From NCBI GenBank assembly GCA_963514005.1, contig OY740801.1, positions 16,182,001-16,246,000 of the forward strand: a DNA stretch of 64,000 bases. Reading direction: 5' to 3'. Under the pieces are notes generated by a model that did no database searches, had not been told where the DNA came from, and saw only the letters and a list, made by a program, of their open reading frames with translations. The DNA comes from Raja brachyura (taxonomy: Eukaryota). Shown here in pieces: positions 24,521 to 38,100 of this stretch. The translations under genes and the position numbers were made by a program. Every line of letters starts with the position of its first letter. Position 1 is the first letter of the stretch.

Positions 24521-25457
24521 ACATTTAAAAAGACAATCTTATGTTAACCTCTTTGGATGTGTATGTCTTTATTTTGGCAACTATAGTTCTTGCTGCTTAA
24601 GGGTAAACGCTGGTTCTATTTAACAGTGTTATTTTATAAACAGATTCAAATGGTTTATCGTAATTTTACCCATTAGCAAATTTGCCCTTTCAATTGTAGA
24701 CAAAGTTACAAAAAGAGATAGATGCTGGAAATGCTGGAAACACTCGGAAAATCCAGCAGAAAAGAAAAACAAAGTTGACCCTTTGCAAGAACTAAACCAA
24801 TTCTGAAGATGCTTCAACTTGAAATGTAAACTCAGTTTATCACGCCAAAGATGATGCCTTAACTGTTAAGTGTTTCGAGCATTTTGTGCTTTTAAATCTT
24901 AGGCAATCTCTGCCTCACTGCACAAAGGGCTCCTGCTCCAAGTCTGGAAATTTTTACTTTTTTTCTCTTTTCTGGTTTTATGTAGAACTAACGATTTTTT
25001 AATAAATATTCATATTCAATTGGAATATTAACTAAATTTGGTTGATTAACAATGAAATGGACTGGTTTGTTGGTTCTAGATCACAACGCAGAAAGATTAA
25101 AGAAAGAACTGTAGGGGGACACAATCCACAAAGCCACGTCTCCACATGTCACACGCCTGACCCGCTGAGTTACTATAGCACTTCAGCTTTTGTTTTTATA
25201 AACCATATGTGTACCTCAATTATTGGTATTTTGTACATTAGCAAGCATATCGACGACTTGTTGAACTCTGATCTATGCAAATGGCAGTAAAAATGTTAAA
25301 GGCACCAAAAAGTATACACTGAAACTTAACTAATATCAAACATTTGCAATAAAAAAAAAACAATAGAGCCCAATTCCCCAAAGCCCAACTACACAACTGC
25401 ATAGCATCCATTATTAAACTTTACAACCCTATAAAGATAGGAAGTGTCAAGCTTTAC

Positions 25458-25664
25458 CAGGTCTATTTGGAGGTGGTGGGGCAGCTGGGGTGTTGCCCCA
25501 TCCAGAGGTGCCAGGACTGTCATTAACCGGCTCTCTCCAGCTGGGTCCTGTGTCCATCGGCTGCCCCCAGGCTGCTGTTCCATTGTCCACTGTCACTGTT
25601 AGAGCAGGTGGTTCTCCCCAAGAGGAATCTGGCTTTGTCTGAACAGTGCAAGATTCGCCCCAGC
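25458..25664 (-). CDS. TNRC6A: TNRC6A exon with Argonaute-hook motif
   Basis: ataaag|GC...CCT G|gtaaag; GWGE...TVTVDNGTAAWGQPMDTGPSW. Confidence 0.92.
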
Positions 25665-27608
25665 CTTTATTTAATAAAAGACAAAAAAAACTCCCCAGTT
25701 AATATCTTTGTCCACACAAGCCAATTTAATGCAAAAATGAAGGAGAATTTACCCCTTGATTTAGCCTGAGATATTTATGTCGTTTAAACACTCATTACAC
25801 GTAAAAATAATAATTCCTCAAGTTATGAGCTGCACGTGCCACTCATATCAAATGTACTGTGCCATTCATAAGCATATATTGTAGCGTTAGCACAACAAAT
25901 ATTGCTCTGGTTTTCTCTCTTCTACTCCACTCCTCTAAAATTGGACTCTCCAAATATGACCCAAAAAACATGGCTTGGGTACCAAAATGTAGCACCTTTC
26001 TACCTGTAAAATAGTGGGTTGCGAGTACTGAGCAAGAAGCCAGGATAACTCTCGTCAACTCAAGCAAATTGCAGTTTGCCATCAGCTGGCTCAAGACAGG
26101 CCACAGGTTTAGCTCTGGTCCATCTGAGTTTGTTTGAACATTGAGACTTTAATACTGCTGTAAAGATCTCAGGCCTTCTATTATTCAGTCCCCAAAAGCT
26201 ACCTTTATACAAGAGGCTCCTCTGAACTAAGATAAGCAAGAATGAATCTTGTTTCAGTACTTCTCTCTTGGTAGATGATTCAATTATACTTTATAGTCAC
26301 GTGTACCCAAGTACGGTGAAATGCTTTGTTTTGCATACAACCCGGTAAAATTATACGGCAGTACACAAGTATACCATGTTTCTGTGTCGACAGAGTACAA
26401 TGTGATGGTTACACAAAAAGCTGGAGAAACTCAGCGGAATGTGTACAATGTGATGTTTTGGGAGAACCCCTCACTCCCACCTTCGCAGCACATTCAAGTT
26501 CCAACAAATCAAAGCCACACATCATGCAAGCGGCTGCTAACTATGACGTGTGAAACATTAATTATTGCAAGTGCTGCAGATAATGGCATGATAAAAGCGA
26601 AAGCTAAAGCTTGACTAGGCCTGACTATAGAAACTATGCACATCAAACCAACTACTTTGTTCCTTGTTACAAACTTAATATTGTAGATAACATTTTTTCA
26701 TGGTAGGTGGCTGAACTACTGAGTGGTTAGGGAGGAAAAGGACTCAAAGGGCATAACAGTTGGCCTTGCAATAACGTTTTTTTTCTTCCCAAAGGATTTT
26801 CAAAAATAAAGGTATTTTTAATAACTCTAAGTTCATGTTTGTTACTACAGGCTAAAAATACTTAATGTTACATTGTTTATTAGAATAATATCGCACGTCT
26901 CAATTCAAGATCGCTTATCAATTTCAATTGGTCCCACGATTAAAGTAGTAGCTGTGGATTTAAGAGACATTGGTGTCTGATTACTGCAGGTACACAACAT
27001 TTTTTCTGCTCGCTTATTTCCAAAGAAACTTTTAAGTGGTTCTCTCATTCCTCATCATAATAACGTTACAACAAATTTTGCCGTGTAATACTATTAGTGT
27101 TCCCTAATTCATCAAATGCGTTATGTCCAAGTGGCAATATGGAAATGCATGCTATTGCAAAACTGCCTTTACTTTTGGCTTACAAATTATAGTAAATTTG
27201 AAATGTAGTTTCCGATATGTCTAGCATTATTAGCGTTGTTAATATAAAATCTACTAATAAGTCTATCTACACACTTCTAAGCTGCAGTTAAATTTATGGG
27301 AAAGCAAAACCAGCCAAAACATCACACTCCCATTGCTGTCAATAGAGCTTAAAATATACGCTCTCCACCAGAAACATAGAGGTGGAATGAATGCATCCAC
27401 GTTGGAAATAAATCTTAATAACTTCTGAACAGAAAAAACATAAATGTATACAATGTGCAGTGGCATGACATGCACCCAAATAGAATGCAGCATCTAACCA
27501 AATTAGATTTTAGAATATACAATACAAAATAAAAGCCAGCAAAACATCCAAGTTTCACATTCTTATATCCTCGATTTATGAAGCGGCAAGTCAGGATGAA
27601 AAACTTAC

Positions 27609-30491
27609 CGGAGCCATTATTCTCTTTGCTTTGAATGGCACTTGGTGGTGGCATTTGCTGCGACAGCTGTTGTTGGTGCTGCGGCAGGGGCTGTGGTGTC
27701 GTTGGCGAGGACAGGTTTTGCGCTGGCTGCTCCGAGCCATTGCTGTTACTCTGCGTATTTTTGTTCCACATGTTAACACTCTTGTAGTTGTACTTGCTTG
27801 GGTCCCCCCAGGCAGCGGTACCATCATCGATTTCCATTTTGCGGCGAATAGACTCGGGGGAAGGTTCCTCCCAACCTGTAGGTTCCTCCTCTTTTGATGG
27901 TGCTGGCATCGGCCCATTATGCCACCCCTGGCCAGGTGGTTTATTGGCCCAAGGGCTGTTACCATCCTGTGGCTTGTGCCAGTCTGCAGAATTACTTGAC
28001 TTGGTGGGTTCCCTCCAGTCTTGGGGGGACTGAGCAGACTTGGAGGTGTCTCCCCAGCCCTGGGGAGCTGGTGCAGGCTTGGCAGGCTCGCACCAGCCCT
28101 GGGGGGGTTGTGCAGGCTTGGAAGCCTCCCCCCATCCGTGGGTGGACTGAGGAGCCTTAGAAGGCTCCCCCCAGCCCTGAGGGGACTGAGCAGCATTGGC
28201 TAGCTCCCCCCAGCCTTGGGACTGAGCAGCCTTGGCGGGCTCCCCCCAGCCTGTAGTATTATTCGAATCTGAATTGTTGCTACTTGTCCATGTGCCTCGG
28301 CCCGTGCCTGGTCTCCCAGGTTCATTCCAACCAGGCGCAGACCTTTCACTGTCATTATCCCAACTGCCTGCATTAGTCTTTTGTAATTCCCCCCACTGGC
28401 CACTCCTAGAATTCTCTCCCCACCCATCAGGTGCAGAGTGTCCCCAACCCTGGCTTGATTTCTGTCCATCAGACCATCCCTGTTTGACCTTTTGTGCATC
28501 ATTCCACGCAGCTAACTTTTCTTCTTTGTTACCTCCCCACGTTTGATTGCTTTTTACTGTTCCTGTAGCAGCAGAATTATTCTCCCAACCCCCTTGGCTG
28601 CTTGAGCCTTTGGTGTCTCCCCACCCCGTGTTGCAAGAGACTGTAGCAGGCTTTGGATCCCCCCACCCGGATACTGATGAGGTATCATTACTGTTTGGGC
28701 GAGGCCCATCCCCCCATCCCCCTGAGTTTGAAGCCTGGGAAACAGAACATCCCCAGGCCTCTGTCCCATTGTCAGTTTTTCTTTCACTCTTTGCTGAAGG
28801 TTCAATATCCCAGGCAGTGTTCTGTTTAATTGGAGTCTGTCCCCAACCTGTATTGGACAGGACACGAGGGTCCAAGTCGGATCTATTCAAAATAGTTGGG
28901 GCCACTCCTGGTTGGTCAGGCTTTCTCTTTTCGCCACGTCGGTTATTGCCATCACTGCTTCCTACACTCATTCTATCGTGACGACTTCCTGTACTTTCTG
29001 TGCTCCCCTCACTGTCTGCAGTACATGATGTTGAAGTTTTAACCCATAAATTGTTCTGTTCACTTGGCTGAGATGCAGAATTTTGATCCTGACCACAAAG
29101 AGCATCATCTAGACTTTTCCAACCATTTGTTCCCTTCCTATTACTACTTCCATTTAGACCATTGCTGGAATGCTGATTGTTAGGCAGTTTGTTCCATTCT
29201 CCATTTGAGATCTTAGTGCCAGTGTTTGCATTTGGTGCTGGGTTTCCCCAGACTTTGCGAGTCCCCCCAGAGCCTAAACTGTTCCCTGCTCCCCAGGTCA
29301 CATTATGGGAGTTGACCACACCAGACTCCCATGTTACTCCTCCTCTATTGCTTCCACAATTATTTTTGTAAGCAGTACTTCCAGAGCCATTAGTAGCCGA
29401 TTGTGCTAGAGTTGCATTCACAGTGTCACCACTAGCTTGCCCCAAATTACAGCTAGGGCCTGGACATTTTTCTCCAGAGTAGTTAGTGCCAGGTGTACCC
29501 CAAGTCGTACCATAAGACCCACTGTTCATTCCCTCACTGATTCCTCCATTGCCAAGTTGAGAAACTGAAGTGCCATTTGTTACTGAGGAGGCCTGAAGCT
29601 GAGATGGATTAACTGTGCTCATTCCTAAGGGTACACCCCAGGCCCCAGGCCCTGTATGTTTAGGCAGTTCATTTGTCTGCATTGAACTAGTAGAGTTTGG
29701 TAAGCTAGAGGTCAATGGGTTAGTAGTGTTATTTGGTCCATTCATTTCAGTGTTAAGGTTTTGAGGTTGTCCACTGAATGAAACCTTCCTTGTACCATTC
29801 ACTTCTGCATCAGAATTCTCCTGCAGACCTCCCCATGAACTAGGAGCTGATAGTCCAATGTTAACACTCTGATTATTCAGCATTTGACCTACAGTGCTAC
29901 GTTGAACATTGCTGCCAGAATTGCTACCCGGCACAGGTCCTTGCACAGTATTTCCATCGTTTTCCAACAAAGGCCAGGCACCTAGGTTGGTATTTGGATT
30001 CAAACCATTCTGCTTCAATGAACCATTGGACGTGGAAACAATACTGCCCCATGCATTCAGTTGACCATGGCTGCTTTCTGGTTTGCCATCCACGTTTTCT
30101 GCAGAACCCTGACATGTGCTTGATATAGAGCCTCGAGATCCACCCCAAGGCCCATTAATACTACCATTTCCTACATTATTGCTGACATTTCCAACCACAA
30201 ACTGACTTGAAGAACCATTTCCACTGCCCGTTCTGTTGCCATCGCCATCACTAACTGTGCTCCCTGAAGCCATAGTACGGAGGTTCTTCTCTGACCCAGA
30301 GCTTGAAGCAGATTCAATATCCATGCATTCTGAAGCTAACTCTGGGTCACTGCCAGTGATTGAAGGCCAGGCTTCTTTGTCGGACCCGTCTACAATAACT
30401 TTATCCCAATTTGTAGTAGAATCGCTGTTGATAGATACAGGTCCCCAGTGAGAATTTTCATAATGCGATCCCAAACCACTGTGGTTTAAAT
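27609..30491 (-). CDS. TNRC6A: TNRC6A giant GW-repeat exon (Argonaute-binding domain), 2883 bp
   Basis: Lies within the 1029-aa ORF; tacag|AT TTA AAC...TCC G|gtaagt; motifs [62 protein letters not shown] are typical of TNRC6A. Confidence 0.97.
27979..28251 (-). repeat. Coding tandem repeat, 7 units of 36-39 bp (GWGExxKxxQxxQ)
   Basis: [89 protein letters not shown]. Confidence 0.9.
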
Positions 30492-31442
30492 CTGTAAAAC
30501 ACAAACAGTAGTCTAATTTACATATATCACTCAGTCACAATACTAAACCAAGTTATCACTGAGCTTAGACTCTCAAACATATTTATATTTTCACCCAACT
30601 GTTTGGAAAACCAAACAATTAGTGAACGCCAATAACAATTGCTCGACAAAAGTGCATACAGCTTCCTGTGAATGGAACCACCATTGCATGCAAATATGTC
30701 CATATACTGGTAGATTAGTATTACAAAAATGCCCTTATGAGAAAAATGGCACCACCAGGACAACCACCTTTCATAGAAATACATTATTACACTGATTCTT
30801 CCACCACACATGAAAGTCAGTGTTTGTAACCCAAACACATTAAAGGAGTATTCTGTCCTCTGAATCGCTCAACCTGTCACATAATTTTATTAATTATGTA
30901 GTTATTATCAAATACCACTCCCTCTGTGTCAATTTAATTCACCAATGCAGAACCTCGTTAAATGGAAATGCGGCAAAACCAGAGAAGTCTGTACCTAAAC
31001 ATAATCAAAATAACGCCATTAATGAATGCCAGATGTGAATGCAAAAATATACCATTGGTAAAGCAAGTTAAATACTTATTTAGATTATCAGTAGATCAAT
31101 TCGGTATACATTTGCGGTCATGCTAATAATGTACAAGCGTCCTTCTCAAGCCACAGCACACCTCAATCATGATTCACTTTCAAACAGTAACATGCTTGGA
31201 AAAGCTTCAATCCATGCATTGTTCAGATAGAAGCCATCATGTTTATTTCGAATATCAAATACACGAGCAATGAACAAAGTTTGGCGTAACAAGCTCTTTA
31301 ACCTTGAATGAGGAACATTTGAGGATAATTAAATGGGCAAACAAATATGGCCTGGGAGCAGGGAGAGGACAAGATTCAACAACAAGGCATCATGATTAAA
31401 TTAAACATTTACAAAAGATAGAATTTCTGTAAACAAAGAATA

Positions 31443-31752
31443 GGGCAGCACAGTGGTATAGTGGGTAGAGCTGCTGCCTCAGTGTCAGAGACCCAGGTTC
31501 AATCCTGACCTGGGCGCTGCCTAAGTGCAGTTTGTGGGTTCTCCTTGTGACCACATGGGTTTCCTCCAGCTGCTCTGGTTTCCTCCCACATCTCAAAGAC
31601 CAATTGTAGGATAATTTGTTGCTGTAAATTGCCCCGAGTATATCGCGAGTGGATGCAAAAGTGAGATAACATAGAACTAGCGTGAAAGGGTGATCGATGG
31701 TTGCCATTGACTTGGTGGGCCATAGGGTCTGTTTCCACACTGTATCTCTAAT
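31443..31752 (+). mobile_element. Full-length HE1-like tRNA-derived SINE
   Basis: Pol III A box tggtatagtgg, B box ggttcaatcc, conserved body, tail gtttccacactgtatctcta. Confidence 0.8.
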
Positions 31753-32039
31753 ATAACAGTAAGTGGTCTTTAGAGTAAAACTGGTGTAAACCTTTGTTCT
31801 ACTTTTTTTAAATTAGGGGTATTTGGAATTGCAGATCTATACCTGGTCTACATATTGAATATTGTCAATTTCAACCTGCAGATGGATTGCTGGTTTACAT
31901 CCCTTAAAATATTTTTAAAATACTAATAAGGTGTGGTTGATAAATATATATTTGACAAGATATATTTTTGTATATCTGCATAGACAGGTGAACATTCTGC
32001 AAAATGTTCACCAGATTTAGACTAGAGACCTTGACCTTG

Positions 32040-32290
32040 GGTGCTGGCAGTTCGTTCCTAACCTCGGGCGCTATGTGGAGCTTACATGTTCTCACTAGGA
32101 CCATGTGAGTTTCCTGTGGCTTCCTCCCACATCAAAACATATGCAGGTTTGTAGGTCAGTGGCCTCTGTAAAATTGTCTCTAATGTGTAGTGCATGAGAA
32201 AGTAGAGTACATAGAAATACAACGATCAACGGTTGGCCTGGGCTTGGTAGGCCTTGGGGTTGTTTCCATGTTGTATTTCCCAACTAAGCT
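32040..32290 (+). mobile_element. Decayed HE1-like SINE
   Basis: Similar to the body and tail of 31500-31750. Confidence 0.55.
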
Positions 32291-34859
32291 ACTGGTTATA
32301 AGGCTGGTTCGAAATGTAATTCCAATCTACTCCCCAGAAAAAATGACAACCCTTCCAAGTTTGATGTAAATTTCAGATTGATGACTTCCATCAGCCACAT
32401 TTAAATTATGATTCAGCCAGTTGATAATTTCAGGAAAGAAAGGAAGCAGGAAAACAAAACTGCACCCCAAGGGTGGAGCAAAAAATGTGTAGAGCACAAA
32501 ACGTTTGGATAAATCTTACACAGAAGTCTGCATTTTATGATAAACTAGACATGAATAAAAACTGTGTTTGGGTGGGGGGGGGGGGGGGGGAGAGAGACTT
32601 TTATCAATACAAGTAAACTTTTATTCAATACAAGGTGGCATATTGATGTCATCTTTATGGTCCCTTCTTCTACAACATCAGTAATTGTCTGAGGCAGGGT
32701 TCCGACCTGAAACATTGTCTATCCATATTCTCTAGGGATGCTGCCTGACCCGCTGAGTTACTCCAGCATTTTCTGTCGATCATATGTAATTGTAATCAGG
32801 GCAACATTTTACAATGTTAATCAACAAAAACCTACTGCAGGAACCGTGTGTGCGTCTGTGTCTGTGTGCGCGCGTGTGTTGTGGGGGGGGGGGAGGAGAA
32901 TTGACAAAGCTTCAGGTTAAAATGCTGCATCAGGAGCCCCCCATTTTACATTCCTGATTCTCAACTTGTTGCTTTTCCCTCCCCCTTGTGACAAAAGAAC
33001 TACGGCCACCTAATGCCCATTGAGCTAAATCATCCGCTGGTTGTTGAACACGTTTTCAGATATATGTATGATGTGCATAGGTGTGGCAAATTTCTAAATA
33101 TCATGTTAGATCCTTAACGTATTAGATTAGGCATCTATTGATGAGTGTTGGCAACAAACATCTGGTGTTGGAAAAATATATATTCTACATATTAAAACCA
33201 AAGACAACTGGATTAAAATCAACTTAGTTTAATTTTTTGTAGTTTAACTAGCAAACCACCTTTCTTTTTACATTTGCCTAAAAGACACACTGCTGATAAT
33301 TTAACACAACAAATCGCAGCCATGCATATCAAGAAGGTAAAGTTGGCAGAAACATCATGGACCAGTCTGTTCTGACAGCAAGTGTGAAGAATATTCAATA
33401 AAACCTGCCTTCTTTAAGTTGCATTCAGCAGGACATATAATCCAGCTGTTGCCATTTTGCAGTTGCGTAAAGGAGCGATTCATCAAAATATATTCCCATG
33501 AATGAAGTTAACACTGGACAATTACAGTAGATTAAAAAATATGTGATTCTAGAAGCAGCTGGTTCATTTAGATCTTGTTCCCTCTGGACAGCAATGTTGA
33601 ATTAAAGCTCATTTCTCTCAGCTGGACTGAAAAGCTTCAAACTGAGATACAACATGGCTGCCAAAACCCTCCCCTGGTGCTGATTTTGTCTCTCTGCCAA
33701 AATTAGTCCGAGCAATCTCATGCCACATGCAACAATCATATTCTACCCAAGAAAGAACGTTTTAAAACTTCACTATACTAAAAGTTAATGATTAACACAT
33801 GTAATGTCATGCAGTGTGTTGGCATCCCTGTGAAAATGACTGTGAAGTGCACTGCAGCCACTGCCATCAGTGCATACTAGTCAATCTTGAAATGCAGCCA
33901 ACAGAGTAGAGAGCAGCACTGCGCAAGCTTTGCTGTAAACACTCAAGCAATGGCTGCTGGAGAGAATGCAGACGGAAACTAAATAACGCTGTGATCATAC
34001 AGCCCAGCATCAAATTTACCAGAAGGATAAGGACAAATTTCCAATACATTGGTAGCTTAATTTGGGCCTTATGCTTGAAAAGTCACAGGAAAAAGGCTAT
34101 TAATATTTGCTGAATTATTTGGCTTAATCAGGGCAGTAACATCCAGCAACAGTGCCTTGCATTTTTATTGGTTTTCCTGTCACTGGGCTGAGTGAAGTGT
34201 GGAAATTGGCTACAAAGGAGATATCAAGGACAAATAAGGTTGTTTGGCTGCCTTGAGCTTAAGTGAAGCAAGCTGCAGGTTGCTGGGGTGGTGCTAAGTC
34301 TTAGGTCTCAGGCTATAGTTAAATTTAACCGGAAACCAAACGAGGAACTTTCCTGCACACTAATTCATTCTGTAAAACAGATATTGAATATAAACTGGAT
34401 TACTGCTATGTGCTCAGCACAATGCATTAACAGTATGCAGCCCAGTAAAAATACACACTGGACTTCCTCAAAATCCTGTCAAGATACTGTCAATAGCTAA
34501 AGGTGAGCTATTTGAAAATACAAATAAACAAACCCAACAAAGTGAAGATGGGTTTCGAACCGAAACGTTGCCCATTTCCTTTGCTCCATAGATGCTGCCT
34601 CACCGGCTGAGTTTCTCCAGCATTTTTGTATACCACCCAACAAAGTTAACCCAGCCTGTTTCTATTTGGAAACCTATTCCGTGGTTATCAATACAACACT
34701 TGGTCATAGAAACTTAAAAACAAAGTGGGCAGTATCCAAGTCTGCATTCAACTACTCCATGCTAGTTGCATTTCCCTTCTGTTTTTCAAATGCATTTCTT
34801 TTACAAGTATTTACCCAATTCCTTCATATTGCTGACACAAATTCAGCATTGTAACAATA

Positions 34860-35153
34860 GCGATAGAGTTGCTGCGTTACAGAGCCTGACACCCGGGTTT
34901 GATCCGGACTATGGGTGCTTGTCTGTGCGGAGTTTGTACGTTCACCCGTGACCTGCGTGGGTTTTCCCTGGGATCTCCGGGATTCCTCCCACACATCAAA
35001 GACATACAGGTTGGCAGGCTAATTGGCTTGGTATAATTGTAAATTGTTTCTAGTGTGTGTGGGAGTGTTAGTGTGTGGTGACCACTGGTCGGCGTGGATT
35101 CGGTGGGCTGAAGGGCCTGTTTCCGCGCTATATCTCTAAACTAAACACTAAAC
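34860..35153 (+). mobile_element. HE1-like SINE
   Basis: tagagttgctgcgttacag...gggtttgatcc (B box)...gtttccgcgctatatctctaaactaaac. Confidence 0.8.
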
Positions 35154-38100
35154 TGCATAATGTTTAAGAGCAAAAAAATCCCATGGCTTTGTAACAGGAG
35201 ATTTTGACCAAAAACCAATTTTGTCTCAGGGCATTGATTATAAAGTGATAAAGTTATAAAGTGATAATGCCCCTAAGTGATAGTAGGGACAGATTTTAGA
35301 AAGTATCATGGAGCATGAGAAGAAAAGAACATATTTAGGGAGAGAGATGCAGAATTACAACTGAAACCACCGATACCAATGGGGCAACGGAAACTAGATA
35401 GGATCAAGAGAAAAGAATGCAGCATTCAGAAATTTGCTGGACTAAAGGAGGTTATAAATGAAAGAAGCGGTGAGATCATTGAGCTATTTGAAAACAAAGA
35501 CAAAGATTTTTTAAGTGAATTTCTCTTTGACTCCTTTCTCTTTTTCCAAGTTAAAGGTGCAGCCATGGGCACTTGCATGGGCCCCAACTAAGTCTGCCTT
35601 TTTGCTGGTTACCTCAAATACATTCATTTCAGGCGTACACTGGCCCTATTCCTTAACTCTTTTTCTGCTATATTAACAACTACAACAATGCTCTATCTCA
35701 GCTTTCATCACAGAAGCCAGCTTTCACCAATTCAATATGATGTCAAGAAATCGCTGAGATCTCTGAACATAGCAGTCATGGAACCAATAATATTCAAGGT
35801 TGTGGAAAATTTCAAAAGTATGTCCTGTGAATAAAAGTAAAATCTACCAAATATTTTGCTGGTCTGAATCAGAATAATGGAAGATGCTGACAACTGCGTT
35901 AACAAGAGATACTTACTCAATAACATGTTCACTGATCATCTGATTGGGCTTTGCAGCTGAAGCAGACTTTTTCAGTCTTGGGCCAAATTTGAACAAAGCT
36001 GAGCTCCAAGTTAGGTGACAATTAGTTCCCTTAACATAAAGGCAGCATTTCACAAAGTCCAGCATTATAGAGCCCTGGCAAAACTAAAGTCACTGAGTAT
36101 CAACTTAAAATCTCTCCACTGACCAGTCATACCTTGCACAAAGATGGCTGAAGAGATTATGTCACTCTGAAGGAGTGAAGGCAGCATTTGTAAATCAATA
36201 CAAATGATGTCAAACCTCAAGTCTCTGAAATTATCTGCAACACACTGACAACATGACTGTCAAATCCCTATTTGTTGAAACCACAGAATTGGAGGAAAAT
36301 AATCGTCTTTGAAAACAGGAAGTCCACAGACCAACAACCACCACAAATCTGCTAAATGGAGCCTTCAAGTGTCAAGTGAATCACTGTTTCATGTTTCCCA
36401 TGCAATTTTCTTGGAAACTGAGATTTATGATGACAGATAAACTATGAATTATTCTGTAGGATTATATGATTACATATCACAAGTTTAAAATTCCTAATAA
36501 AATAAATTCAATTAATCGTAGTCTTTCAGCTTGTAAGTAAAATTTAAAATAAATTACCTTAAGTTTATTCATAAAATTGCTTTTAACCTTTCCCAAAAGG
36601 AACACAAATTAACTCAGCACCTGGCACATATTGTACTGTGCTGTATGTTCACCGTACCATGATGCACAACCAGCTTGCCCCTATATTATTATGTATTTCC
36701 TTACACCTCGCCTACCTTGCCCTTTTCAGGCTGGAGGTTTCTGTTGTGCAAGGTGGTGCTGGTGCTTTTTTGATAATTAAATCCTAACTTAGATCCCCAG
36801 GAATTGTCAGTGACTTATTTTGTTTTCAAAGGAATATGAACACAAAATATATCCTCAAAAACTTTCCATCTCTCACACAGCCCTGATAATCAGAATAGAA
36901 GAAAGATTTAACAAAAAGATTCAGGGTGATAGTCACTCTCTCGACCACTAGTGCCCGATTGATAACCTCACTGGCAAAGATATAGAAGTAGTACCTACCC
37001 ATTCCATTGGCTGTCAATGTGCAGACAAGTGCCTTTCGATTTTGCTTAGCAATGACATGTTTGATCACAATGACACCAATCAAATGAAGCCACACAAAAA
37101 GAAAATTAACTGCTACCACTAGACCAGACCAGACTTGTAATGCAGATAACCTTGAGCGTTAAAAATAAACTGCTGGGTTTATGTAGCATCTTAGCATCAC
37201 GATGAGGTCTGCAGGAGCTACTCATCATTCACTGAATCTAGGTACAAAAAAAACTTTAATTTGGCCTTGGGCCACAAAATATAAGGGATTTAAGTGAAGC
37301 ATGCAGGTCTCTTACAAACATAAAACATTGTGACAGATATCACCAAGAAGCAAAGCAACATGATTGATCCAACCAACATCTCTAGTTAATAATCCCAAGC
37401 AAGTTCTCACACAAGCAGCCTCAGCCATAACCCTTCATGGTTCAGGATGTGCAAAATAAAGCCACAGTGAGATTACAGAGGGAAAGGAATGGAGAGGAAG
37501 ACAGAAGAAAAGAAAGGAGGAAGCGAAAAAAAGCTTTTGTCACCTGACTGGTTAGGGGAGTGGCTGACCAAATCCCGAATGGGAGGCATGCCTAAGAAAA
37601 AGCAAGAGAACCACAAAAGGCATCAAGGTTCAATATACTCTCAGCTTGCTTTTGATGAAAGAAAAATACTCTCTCACTCATCATAATTAAAACAATGAAC
37701 GGCACCAGCACACTTGCAAAACTTTGCCTAGTAATTTCTGTTATAGTTTGCTGTAAGTGCACATAAAACAATTGGTAAAGCAGTCCAAGAGTGCAAACTG
37801 CACTGCGTTGCAGCTCTCACTAGAAATATGTTGCAGCAAAACTAAGCAAGTGTAAATACAATATATATCAGGAATAAGCTCAATAAAGGCAATTCAACCA
37901 TAAAAATCAGACATTATTCCAAGATTCAAACATCACTCAAGAGCTACAAAATGCCTTTTGCATGAAAAGGAAAACAAAATGAAACGGTCCAAATGAAGTC
38001 AGATTATGGTTCTGCTTCACTCTGTATAAGGTTTGTCCAAGTGAGAAAATTGGTGAACGGTTAATTAAAAAAAAAGAAAATAATCAGAGCATATGTATTT

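Noticed and set aside
27591-28981. Overlapping alternative-frame and antisense ORFs of 100-200 aa
   Set aside because: Shadow ORFs of the GC-rich GW exon with no independent signals.
27415-30504. The 1029-aa ORF as a standalone single-exon gene
   Set aside because: Both ends run into intron sequence; splice sites at 30491 and 27609 join in phase with neighbouring exons.
31443-31515. tRNA gene
   Set aside because: A and B boxes are present but continue into a SINE body; no complete cloverleaf.
36715-36785. Possible extra exon ending in AAG|gtaggc
   Set aside because: No polypyrimidine tract, 68-nt length breaks the frame, and no similarity to TNRC6 proteins.
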